A stretch of 63,725 bases of DNA, filler included, from Diploschistes diacapsis (taxonomy: Eukaryota), in the NCBI GenBank assembly GCA_023645945.1. It is 23 parts of 23 records of this genome, joined end to end, with 100 filler letters (N's around TTAATTAATTAA, not from the genome) between each part and the next. Parts side by side here need not be neighbours in the genome. Positions count along the whole stretch, not along the records: positions 1 to 19,011 come from JALAIB010000386.1; positions 19,112 to 38,094 come from JALAIB010000387.1; 21 more parts are not named here. One strand, given 5' to 3'. Each line of letters starts with the position of its first letter. Positions within the stretch are counted from its first letter, which is position 1. This document shows positions 14,126-25,400 of the stretch, one piece after another. The translations under genes were made by a program, and so were the position numbers. The notes beneath the pieces were generated by a model that saw only the letters and a program-made list of their open reading frames with translations, had not been told where the DNA came from and did no database searches.

Positions 14126-15904
14126 ATGTCTATTAGGTCACTAACAATCATCTCCGCGCTGTTTCCCCTTCTTGCAAGGTCGTATACGGCTTTCGTGCCA
14201 AATTGTACGTTTCGTCCAGAGAATACCAATATAGTCGGCTCGCCTCCAGTCAGGGGAACGCTGGACATTGTATGGACCTGCTTACCCGTTTTAATTACTT
14301 GCACCTGGGCCATACAGCACCTATCAGTCCCACCCGACGGTCCTCTGGAGGACCCTTCATGGAAAAACTCGCTCAAGGAAAAGGCCCATCAAACCTGAAA
14401 GAAGCTGAAATGGACGGCTATCACCATCGCAGGCCCCGAGTACGTCTTTGCCAAGGCCCTTTCGGAGCTGTTGGCGGCCGTGTATTCGGAGCGGCAGTTC
14501 CGGGAAGAGCATCGTCGACGAGAGGAGAACGTTCCGCGAGATGAAAACCGTCTTCCTTGGAACGGATGGACTACTACCCATGCTTACTTCGCCAACATGC
14601 GAGGCTTTGTCCTCTCCTTTGAAGTTGCCACCGTGCCAAGGTCATTAAAGCCAACCAAATCTACCGAGCTAGGAAATCTGCGCCAGCGTCCGAGAGCCCG
14701 CCATGACGTGCCCTACTTCGAGCAAGATGTGGAAGGGACCATAGAGATTGAGCTGGAACATTGTCACGAGATGTGCAAGGTTCCTTGTACAAATCAAGAA
14801 GATACAGCGCCCAGACCTGGAGAGCTCTCTCCCTCTTCTTCTCCGGGCACCCCTTTTCCGAATAGCCCGACCACTAAGCTATCAAACGCGGATGAAACAT
14901 CTCAATGGGGCTCGCCATACTTCTTCTTGCCCAGACAGCCACCGGATGCTCTAGGGATAATGGGCAAGGTTGACGGCCACCCTCCAAACTATAAGCCCTT
15001 CAGCCGCGCGGAAACCCTTCTCAATGAGCTCGGCAGGCATAACCCATTTAGCGCAACGTGGGCTCTCAACGCCTCGCAAATGCTCTATGCCTGGCAAGAG
15101 AACATCATTCCCGGCCCGCCGAAAGTGACTGCCGAAGACCTAAGCGAGCGTAGCAAAGGCGACGCCTTTGTCAAAGTCACGGCTGTCTTCCAAATAACCT
15201 GGCTCGTGATCCAGATCGTTGCGCGCTCCTTCCAAGGCCTCGCCACCACGCTCCTCGAGATAACCGTTCTCGCTTTCGCCGCCACCGCCATATCCACATA
15301 CCTCTGTCTTCTCGGCAAGCCGCAGGACATCCGCCTGCCCATCCTCGTCGACGCTCCGCGAATCCTGACACGCGAGCAAATCATCGGCCTCGCAACGCGC
15401 TCTTCGCCCTCTTCGATGGCCGTCCACGAGTTCTGGCTGCACGGCGTCGCCATCCGCGACCAGGCGGACAACGTTTTTCCCTGCTCGCCCGGTGTCCCCG
15501 TCTACGTTCCGAAAATCATGAAGGAGGCCGTCTACATCAACACGACGATCGCCGACGTCGGCATCGCCGGCACAATCTTCGGTTCCATCCACTGCGCCGC
15601 CTGGAATTTCCAGCTTCCAACCACCGTCGAACAGCTGCTGTGGCGGGTGTCGTGCCTGGTCATTCTCATCATGCCGCTCATGGGAGCCTTGATGTATGCT
15701 ACGATACGGCACGAGGCGATGGCGGAGGGCAGGACGGATAACAAGACGAACCGCTGGCTCAAGCCGCTGGGGTATAGCTTGGTGCCGCTGTATCTGCTGG
15801 CGAGGCTGTATTTGACCGTGGAGATATTTCGCTCGCTAGCTTATTTGCCGGCGAGTGCGTACGGTAGTGTAAGCTTGCCGAATTGGCTGCCGCATGTGGT
15901 TTGA
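14126..15904 (+). pseudogene. Multi-pass membrane protein of a common uncharacterised fungal family, interrupted by one in-frame TGA (14396-14398)
   Basis: ORFs 14063-14398 and 14471-15904 share one frame. Family motifs RGTLDIVWTC..CTW..H, KLKW..ITI.GPE, HAYFANMRGF, RSKGD..VK..Q..W, FGSIHCAAWNF.LPT..E.LLWR and YLLARLYL.VE.F.SL..LP are present. Confidence 0.72.
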
Positions 15905-16610
15905 GTATTCGAGGAATACAAGAGGGCAATCATAAACGGTTTGCAACTGCCCAGGAGCGATCCGGGGCCCATATTAATATACAACTGTCTCAGCAATCTG
16001 CGGCTTCAAGTATTGGATGATTTCAACTTCTAGATTTACCTAGATACTCGTAATGGTAAACCAGCCTACTAGGCTATTCCCCTTTGAAATCTTAGAACGA
16101 CGAGGCATTCTCCGTTTTTCGGTAGGTAGGTAGGCCACTACACTCTTGTAAAAGGAGCCAATTTAACCGCATGTGTCGTCGCAGTACCAGAGGCAGGAAT
16201 GGCTGCGCTCCCTGAGAATGCCCTGTGTGGTTGGTGCTGGCGTTTTAGCCTTGCCTTTGTAGTTAGCCACAGCCACACGTGTCCCCAACATTGGATAGTT
16301 CGAGTCACATCCTCATTTGCTTCTTTCCCACTTTTCACACTAACGACGCATCGCCTAAAACAGGTTCTCCGATATGCCTTTTATATGGCCCGGTGGGGTT
16401 TAGAGATCGTGGCGGTGCATATGCCCGTCTGTGGAATCGTCATGATGTTGGGAACATATCCAGTCACCTTTTGTGATGCACGTGCTTTCCATTCCCAAGT
16501 ACTGCCTCCTATGTTCCTGAGGAGCTGTTCATATATGTCTGGACCAGCCTGTCGTTTCCAACAGTACTCTGGCACTCTTGCCAGGCCGTTCGTCTTCTAG
16601 CTAGTCCGTA

Positions 16611-17810
16611 ATGGCTCAGGCTACGCAGGTGATCGGCCTTACTAGGCAGGAGTCTCGTGAAGCAATTGAGCTCGCTTCGCAGAACGTGCCACAGCAATAC
16701 ACTTGGGACAACCGTACGACTCCATCAGAAACCCAAAACTCATCGCAGCCTGGTCGTATTCATCGCTATGATCAACCGCTACCATACCAGTCGCAGCAGC
16801 AGCAAGCGCCCCCGTCGAGCATGCCGCCACGGGAAGCACCACCAAACCTACACTCAGCCCATGCCGGCTTCCACGGCAATCCTCTTAGACCACAGGTGTC
16901 AACTCAAGACACTTGGAGCACTGGGCAGCAATCCGTACACGTGATATCTGGAGCACACTTGGCAAACTTCATCCCCCAGTCCCGGATGATGAACAACCTC
17001 GTCGCCATCTCTACTATCATAGCCAGTATTGTCTCGGTTGCAACCTTGGGTATCACAGTTTGGCAGGTTCTCCTGCAGAAATCTCAACAGGGGCCAGAAG
17101 GCCCATCCAGCGGTGGACAGGAGGGGGGGGAGAGAGACGAATACCTCCCTCCCGACACAGGGCAAGACCAGAAAGCCCCTGGAGAACCTCCGCCCTCGGA
17201 TTGGCGAAGGGTGCAGGTCATTGCCGTGACTTGTATCGGACTAGTTGCTTGCTTGGCTCTTGGCTTCTCTGCATACTCGGCAGCTGTCACTTCACGCCGA
17301 CATCTTTCAGATCAAAGTCCAAGCGATCTTGCCCCGTCTGATTTTGCTGCCTCAACTATTGCAAAGATTGGACATCATACTCGCAGGCACGCAAGACGCG
17401 CACACGACCTCGTGAAGCACTATCATGTCCGACTACGGCAGGTGGGTGCGGACCACTGGCGATTCTGGGTGGCGCCAATACAGACCGTGGACATGACGAA
17501 GCAAAGGATGGAAGATGATTGGGGTGATAATGAAAGCGTTACGTCAGGACATAATGACACCTCGGATGTGGAGCCTGACAACAAAGAGAGCAACAAGGAA
17601 GTCGATACTCACCAACACCCCTGGGAAGGTGAGATCAGGAGGCTCGTCACGGAAGAAGACAGCGGCAAAGAGACTTCGCCGGAAGACTTCAGGCTTGTGG
17701 ACACGCATATGACAGCCAGAAGCACGATAGCTTTGGGAGAAGAGGAAGTAAGGAGAAGATTCCACGAGAAGGAGAGATTGCTCCGGAAGAAAGACTATCA
17801 CGGCCTATGA
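16611..17810 (+). CDS. Hypothetical 399-aa protein with two hydrophobic helices and low-complexity flanks
   Basis: Long ATG-initiated ORF with hydrophobic segments LVAISTIIASIVSVATLGITVWQVLL and VIAVTCIGLVACLALGFSAYSAAV. No family recognised. Confidence 0.55.
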   Translation: MAQATQVIGLTRQESREAIELASQNVPQQYTWDNRTTPSETQNSSQPGRIHRYDQPLPYQSQQQQAPPSSMPPREAPPNLHSAHAGFHGNPLRPQVSTQDTWSTGQQSVHVISGAHLANFIPQSRMMNNLVAISTIIASIVSVATLGITVWQVLLQKSQQGPEGPSSGGQEGGERDEYLPPDTGQDQKAPGEPPPSDWRRVQVIAVTCIGLVACLALGFSAYSAAVTSRRHLSDQSPSDLAPSDFAASTIAKIGHHTRRHARRAHDLVKHYHVRLRQVGADHWRFWVAPIQTVDMTKQRMEDDWGDNESVTSGHNDTSDVEPDNKESNKEVDTHQHPWEGEIRRLVTEEDSGKETSPEDFRLVDTHMTARSTIALGEEEVRRRFHEKERLLRKKDYHGL

Positions 17811-18602
17811 GATGCCTTCAGGGACTATTGGCAAATCAACCCGGAAATGCTTGAATTGGGAGTAATATGATGAAGTACCCGGTAGCATGGATAAGATCTT
17901 GTCGGAAATGCTATGGTCTGATAATGACATCAGGTAAAAGCAAAAAACTCCGTGTCGTGACAACAATATTCCGCTCAGAGATTGTTGCGAATTTCTGGAA
18001 GGCAAATGGTCGTTCTAGAGTGCCGAGAACTTACTCTCTATACACTAGGATGGCTGGAGACGGGGGTATGAACCGTTCAGTCAAGCAGCACGTGACCCCT
18101 ACAGGGCCTGGACAACTGCGATTTATCCAGCTGGCTACCTCCCTTTCCTCTGGTCAGATGGCATCTCTACCTCATAATCGTGTCCTGATTTATGAGAGCC
18201 TGGATAATCGAACCATAGTTGTAATCGCTCACATTAGTAACCGAAGATTATCGATCAAACGCTTGGAATCTGACGTTAACGTTGCGCTCCATGGCTAAGC
18301 CGCAACCGGAATACCAGCGATCTCGAACCTAGGAGGCCATTCCAGCGCAATTCCAGCGGCCTATTAGATAGTACTCGACTTCACTTATGAATCTGTCCTC
18401 GAAAAGTCGCTGGAAGTTTAGTATGTACATAGAAGACCTTGGGTTGCATGTTCAAACTTGGCCCTCCCCACATGGTCTTTTCCCTTTCCCATTTGAAGCA
18501 GTTCTAGCGATCCAAGTAGCAGGCGTCTATATTTTATATAGCACGAGAGAAATAAGAACCGCGTGGCTCTTAATAGCCTCTCTGCTCATGTCACCTCCCA
18601 TC

Positions 18603-19011
18603 ATGGGATTTCCTAATCCGCACCCTCCACGGCCTCCCCCACCCCAACCGTACCCGCACCAAGCCCATGGAAGTCCTCGCCGTCGGCATCCTCCCGCTCC
18701 GGCACCGACGCCCTACGCACCGCTCTCGTGCAGCTAGGGCTACGATCCCTCCCCCACGCTCGAACACTGGTACCATCTCCTGCGTCAGAAAATACAGCGA
18801 CAGCTCCACGCACGGCGAGGCCGAGATCACGCGCGAGGACTTCGACGCCGTTCATTGGGAACCATGCCGCGCTCACGGACCAGTTCGCGCCGGAGACGAT
18901 CAAGGCGCATGCGGAAGCGAAGGTTTGTGCTGCATGTGCGGAAGGAAGGATCTGGAGGGGGTGGGCACAAAGAGTTTCGAGGGGACGGTGGGGGGTTTGG
19001 GAGGATAACTC
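18603..19011 (+). pseudogene. Frameshifted, truncated P-loop sulfotransferase-like gene (fungal Sulfotransfer_4-type)
   Basis: Motifs recoverable across shifting frames: RTRTKPMEVLAVGI / RSGTDALRTALVQLGYD / W..L...K / ITREDFDAV / IGNHAALTD.FAPETIKA..EAKV. At least three frame changes; runs off the contig end. Confidence 0.62.
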
Positions 19012-19111
19012 NNNNNNNNNNNNNNNNNNNNNNNNNNNNNNNNNNNNNNNNNNNNTTAATTAATTAANNNNNNNNNNNNNNNNNNNNNNNNNNNNNNNNN
19101 NNNNNNNNNNN
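19012..19111. other. Artificial contig spacer (44 N + TTAATTAATTAA + 44 N); 22 copies in the window
   Basis: Identical 100-nt linker with stops in all six frames at 19012, 38095, 39319, 40542, 41765, 42987, 44209, 45431, 46653, 47874, 49095, 50316, 51537, 52757, 53977, 55197, 56416, 57635, 58854, 60073, 61291 and 62509. Confidence 0.99.
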
Positions 19112-19171
19112 AGACCAAACCCACCTTGATCGATACCTCGTGTCTACCTTGTAGAGATAGAGATCATAACG
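19112..19171 (+). mobile_element. 3' end of a family-F gypsy LTR at the contig edge
   Basis: AGACCAAACCCACCTTGATCGATACCTCGTGTCTACCTTGTAGAGATAGAGATCATAAC closely matches LTR ends at 45912-45969 and 60533-60591. Confidence 0.8.
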
Positions 19172-20230
19172 AGTTTTCGCTTCAATAAAAACATTTTTTA
19201 TCATCGAATATATTTAGGTTTAAATTAGTAAAAAAAATAAAAAATTATGGAACTTACAATGGATAACAAAAGGGAGGGTATTTTAGATATAAAAAGCGCT
19301 TATGGATGTTCGGTTATTAGGGTCCGTTCGGGTACTAGGGTCACGACTCTAGTCAAGCGTGGGTAGCAAATATGACCTGTATGTACAAACCCAACCAGCA
19401 GTGTGTTTCGAGAACCGCTTGGATACAAAGTAAGTGATAAAACAGTTTGGAAAAACACCTCCAGTTCCATCCTCTGCATTTGCTTCAAGTTCGTTCCTGG
19501 CTGCTACCAGCTACAAACCCCCCTCTCCCAGGATTTTAGTTTCAAAGGGCCCCAAGTTCCCTCAAGCCTCTTGAGTCCCCACCTGCTACACATACCAGAT
19601 CCACAATCCATGTAGATACTGATACTTCGAGTCCCAGACCCCAATCTTTTACTACTTACATTGTCCCAATACCAACCCCATCGCCACCACTCGCTAACTC
19701 AGTCACTCAGTCACTCAGTCACTCAAGCCGTAACCAAAAGCCGTGATGGATAAACCAATTTTCCATTAAATCAAGCAAATCAATCGGTTATCTGGCCAAC
19801 TAATTGATTAAAGCTTGGCCATCTCCCGTCCCCTATCTCGAGGCAACGTTGTCGTCGCTATCGAAAGCCACCGTCGCCTTCTCTTCCCTTCCAGTTTCTT
19901 TAATTACTTGCACGCACGCACGCACGCACGCAGCTTTTCTCGACTCGCTGTCCGTTCCCCGATCCCTAACCTCCATCTCCCAATACAGAATTAGAAAACC
20001 GAAACCCAAAGTCCTCGAAGGCTGTCGATCCCGGATGGCAGCGCAGCACAAGCCATGTGAGATTAGTGTAGATTCGACGCAGATACAAAGTGGGTAGGAA
20101 AAGCAGCAAGGTAGCAGGGGAATTTCAAACAGTTTCCTCAAACTTCAAATTCCAGGCTAGTCTAGGCTAGCGCCCGTCGTACTCGATAGCGCTAATAAAC
20201 ATCAATCCTCCCCGCCCCAACCCCGTTCTT

Positions 20231-21870
20231 CTACGGCTCCTCGTCCTCGTCCGGCGGCTGCTCGAACAGAAAGTTTGCCGCCAGCTCCTCGTTCTTGTCG
20301 CACGCAAAGTAGGCCTGGATGACGAGGTCGCGCTCGAAACCGAGGAGGCAGAGCTGTGGCACGCATCGGTCAGCATAAACCATCCATCATTTGGCCCAGC
20401 AAAACCACTCAATCACCAGTCTCTATCGGGGAAAGAAAAACCTCACCCTCTCGATAGCGGCCCTCTCCTCCTCCGTCACGCTGACCTGCGTCGCCCCCGG
20501 CGGCAGCGGCGCGTCCTCGTCCGCGTCCTCCGACAGCAACTGTAGGAACTGCTCCGGATTCTGCCCGATTATCTGTGCAAGCTGCGGGTTGCCACCGGCC
20601 ACCTGCTGCAGGATGGGCTCCAGCATGCGCGGCTGCGTCTGCACAATCTGCCGCAGCTGCTGGAATTGCGGATTATTTCGTAGAAAGTCGAGGTTGCCGA
20701 GGTTGCCCGCGGCTGCGGCTCCACCTTCGGCTCCTGCTCCCGCACCTGCGCCGGCACCAGCGGCAGCGGCGCCACTTCGTCCTGCAGCTCCGCGCGCACC
20801 GGTGCCACCACGGCCAGCTTGGGCGGCGGCTTCAAAGAGGTTGATGGGCGCGTCGTCGCCCTCGGCGGTTGGTGCTGGGTCGGTGGAGGAGGCGGCAGCT
20901 GTCGTGGAGGGCTGGGTGGCGGTCGAGCCGGCTTGAGCGGTGGGAGCGGAGGGAGCTTGTGGTGCTTCTTGACCGACATTGTCGGGAATGCCCTGTGTGG
21001 AGGTCAAAACAAGGCATTATCTGGAGTCGTGTGGGAACGAACAGTCAAAAGATACTCGACAGCTCGGTCTGGGTTGTTGTAGGCCGCACGCATCGCACGG
21101 TCTATCTGTGACCTCTCAAAGCCCATGCTTTCCATATTGGCGATTGCTGCTGCGCGTTGTGATCCGATGGCCAGGGCATTCGGGTCGTTGAAACTAGCGC
21201 CTTCGGTGTTTGCGGTGCCCGTGGCGGGAGTCGGCGTAGATGGTACGTTCGCTGCGGCTGCTGAGCTCGGGGGTGCGGCGACGGGAGCAGCGGGAGGAGC
21301 AGGAGTGGCACCGGACGAGGCAGGTGTCGATGGCACATTTGCGGGCGTCGACGGCGAGGCGGCTGTAGCGGCGGGCGCAGCCTTAGGCTGTAGCTCGATT
21401 AAAACTTTGTTGACAACCCACGGAACTTCGATAGAGTACCTTTTGGACCATGCATACTATGAATCCCTTCTCTTCGATTTTGTACGACTCTACTGTATCT
21501 TGATCCTTCAAGACCTTACCTGTGGGACTTGTTAGCCTTTACTAGGCCCAAACAGACCCCGGAGTCGTCCGAATTCATTCTTGGTATTCGTGTGACTGAC
21601 CAGAGTAGATGAGCTTCAATGAGCTTGCCTCCCATGATTTCTCCGCCGCGATCTTGTCCTTTACCTCACCAATCTGATATAACCGTTAATTGACCTCCGG
21701 CTAAATAGATGAGGGCAGCAAGAGCTGTAGCAAACGAGTGCAAGCCACGTACGGTATTGCTTGGCTCGGCATCAATCACAAACTTCTGCTGCTTGAGGTC
21801 CTGTGATTTTGTAAGTGGGTAGTCTCGGTGGCGTTGCGGCGGTGCGTGCTACCTTGAATGTGAGCTTCAT
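20231..21870 (-). CDS. RAD23: UV excision repair protein Rad23 (UBL-UBA-XPCB-UBA), multi-exon
   Basis: MKLTFK/DLKQQKF UBL start; [86 protein letters not shown]. Confidence 0.96.
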
Positions 21871-22033
21871 CTTGCCCCACCACGCGCTTAGCTGTCAAGA
21901 GAGCTCTGGTGGGTAGAGATGGATGGAGAAGGCTTGAGTATCGGATAGCTGATTGCTGGAAAGAAATAAGGGATCGAGGTAGGGTGTGCGGTCTTAATTC
22001 GAGTAGTACAGGATGTGTGATTGTAGTGGAAAG

Positions 22034-22035
<2 letters not shown>

Positions 22036-22066
<31 letters not shown>
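22036..22066 (+). repeat. (GA)n microsatellite upstream of RAD23
   Basis: Uninterrupted GAGAGA run of about 15 units. Confidence 0.9.
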
Positions 22067-22069
<3 letters not shown>

Positions 22070-22472
22070 AGATGGACGTCCTACCGAGCTCTTTCCAAGT
22101 TCTAAATAAAAAGGCAGCCCTTCGACAAGTCGTCACTCCGGCTTGCCAAGACATTCGCTAAAATCTGCTTTTTTTTTACCCAACCGGCTTGAATCCGCTC
22201 TCAAAGAATGGGGAAGGGGGAGGGTGGGGGGTTTAAGAGCAGTCACTCAACTAGATCGTGTTGAAGGTATAATCATTCAAGATAGATACACTTTTTTTAC
22301 GCTCTAGAATAATTATATATACTTGCGCTGAATATATTCAGTATCGTGAAATGCCAAAGCAGAGTAGATATCTATCCAATGCTCCACTCAGAGAGCCGTA
22401 CTCCACACACATAACCCAGCTATAGAGGTATCAATAACAAATCCTGCCCTTTTTCCAACCCGGGTCCGATAC

Positions 22473-25400
22473 CTACGCGTTCCTCCCCAGACTCTGAAGA
22501 TTCACCAATTCAAAATATTTCCCCCTGAGATCCAGCAGCTCCCCATGCGTCCCATTCTCTACAATCCTACCCTGGTCAAAGACATAAATCATATCAGCGT
22601 TCTGGATCGTGCTCAGCCGATGCGCTACCGCAATGGTGGTCCGGCCTTTAGCGGCCTTGTCCAGCGCGGCCTGCACTACCTTCTCCGACTCAGAGTCTAG
22701 CGCGGACGTCGCTTCATCTAGCAGCAAAACCTTCGGATCCCGGAGAAGTGCCCTCGCGATGGCCAAGCGCTGTTTCTGCCCGCCAGACAACATGCTGCCC
22801 TTGGAGCCAACGACGGTGTCGAAGCCATCCGGTAGGGACATGATGAAATCGTAGATGTTCGCGTCCTTGCAAGCCCGTATGATGGCTTCATCGGGCATGT
22901 CGTCGGTTGTGACTCCCAATAATACATTCTCCTTGACGGTGCCTTGGTACAGAGTTGGCTCCTGACTGACAAGCGATAGGAAGCCGCGATAGTTGTTCAC
23001 ATTGTAGCTCGCAATGTCCCTACCATCCACGAAGACGCCGCCGGAGAGCGGGTCGTAGAAGCGCTCAAGAAGCTGAATGGTTGTACTCTTGCCGCAACCG
23101 CTGGCGCCGACGAGCGCAACGTACTGGCCGGGTTTAACCGTCAGGTTCAAGCCTCTCAGTACGGGTTGCTCGGGCCGTGTAGGGTAGCGGAAGTGCACGT
23201 CGCGGAATTCGATGGTTCCCTCGACATGATCGACTTCTTCGCCGTCTGTAGACCAGGTGTCGATCGTTGGTTTCCTGTCGAAGAGGAGCTTCAAACGCTC
23301 GGCGGCATGCTTGGCCTTGCCCATGTCGGGGGCAAAGGAGAACACGGTGCCGGCTGACTGGGCGCCGAAGATGACGGCGCTGAAGCAAACATAGAATTGG
23401 AAGAGGTTGTACTCGCGGCTGCCAATGAGCGTACCGCCGTACCAGAAACCCAATGCCATGGCCAGGAAGGTCGCCGATTGTGACATGGCGTAGAGTAGAG
23501 AGGATTTGGCGATGGAGACCGTAGACTTTCGACCCTGAGCGACGAGCATCTGGTGGTAGTGCTCCCAAACGTCGTCCTCGCGAGTCAAGGACGCAACCGT
23601 GCGAATGGCTGAAGTGGCCTCGCAGGCGTAGGAAGCAGACTTCTCGTAGGCCTTCTTCGACCGACCCTCAAACCTGGCAAGGATCCAGAAGCGGAAGAAG
23701 CCACAGGCTAGCACCACTGGGATCGTAGCAGTGCAGACCAGGCCAAGCTTCCAACCGATCGACACGGCGACCGCGAGCGCGGCGATCAAGGTCGTAAGGA
23801 CAGTCAGGATCGTGCCCAGCGTCGTCCCGCTCAAGCCTGCCATTCGCGTAGACTCGGTGGACAAGAACGAAGTGAGGGCACCAGCTGAGTTTTCTTCTTG
23901 ATCAAAGAAGGATATGTCCTGTCGGAGCATCGTTCGGAAAGCCCGGTCTCTTACTCTGAAGACGAGACGTTCAGAACAGTAAGCAAAAGCTGTGCCCTGT
24001 GAGCAGAAAGCCAACAGCTCAACGAAGGCGAGCATGAGAAACATGAGCGACCAGAAACTAGCATCGCTCTGTAGCGTGCCGTAAAACGCTGGTGGCAAAG
24101 CCAAAGCGCTGATTGACTTTGCAAAAAAGACGGCCTGCGTAGGGTTGCCACCGCCGCAGATGATGGAGAAGAAGAGACCGATGAACATCAACAGCTTTTC
24201 GTTCTTATTGAAGGATACGATGAGTTTAATGAGCGTCCACAGGCCGTATTTTCGCTCGCTTTCGGGACCTCGTTCCTTGAGTGCCGCACTCGAGATTGAT
24301 TGCGTCGTAGTCGTCCTCTCAAAGTTCTTCTTGATGTTCACGTCGTCTGGATCCACCTGGAACGACTTCATCGTCTTCAGCGACTTCTCGGTAACGGCCC
24401 TCGTGAGTTTCGCTTCGGTTTCGTCGTGGCGTTCGTTCTCAACAGCGGTCGCTTCCTCGCGCTTGGCCGAGATCCTCTGCGCCTCCACGAGGTTGTAGTA
24501 CGAGCCTTCTCTCTCCAAGAGCTCGTCGTGAGTGCCCTGCTCGACTACACGACCCCGGGTCATGACCACGATGTTGTCGGCGGTTTTGATGGTGGACAAC
24601 CTGTGCGCAATGACGATAGTAGTGCGACCTTGGGCGGCCACATCAAGAGCCGCTTGCACAACACCTTCCGATTTCGTATCCAAGGCCGAGGTGGCTTCGT
24701 CGAGGAGCAGGATCTTCGGGTCACTGACGATTGCACGGGCAATGGCAATTCGCTGTTTCTGACCACCGCTGAGAAGAAAACCCCGTTCGCCAACATTAGT
24801 CTCATAGGATTCTGGAAGCCCAGTGATAAAGTCGTGGGCATTCGCCATCTTCGCTGCCTTCTCGATGAGATCCCTCTGCTCCTCCTCCTTAGCATGCTCG
24901 TACTTTGTGCCGATAAGCCCGTGGGCGATATTGGCTCTGATAGTTGTGCCGAATAATGTCGGCTCTTGACTAACTAGAGAAATTTGCTGCCTGAGCCATC
25001 GCAAGTTCAGACCTTGGATATCGTGACCGTCCAAAAGAACTTGACCGCCTACGGGATCATAGAATCGCTCCACGAGGCCAACAATGGTGGACTTTCCAGA
25101 ACCGGATGCACCCACCAAAGCGGTTGTTTTCCCGGCGGGGACGTTGATGCTGACGTCCTCCATAACGACGACCTCCGCGCGGGAGGGGTAAATATGCTTG
25201 ATGTTTCTAAGCTCAATGTTGCCCTCGACGTGCGCAAGCTTTTCGCCCTTCTCAGACTTAGGGTCCAGCGGAGAGACTCTGTCGATGGTACTGAAGATCT
25301 TTGCGGCCGCTGCCAGCGCCGTTGTGAAGGCCTGAGCGTTGGGCGCCACATTTCCAAGGGAGAATGCTCCAATCATCACCGCCAAAAGGATCGTCAACAC

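Noticed and set aside
14396..14398. TGA as selenocysteine or an alternative genetic code
   Set aside because: Other genes here end in TGA normally, the site fits Trp, no SECIS is evident, and Dikarya are not known to have Sec machinery.
19697..19932. (CACTCAGT)n and (GCAC)n short tandem repeats downstream of RAD23
   Set aside because: Ordinary simple repeats of a few units.
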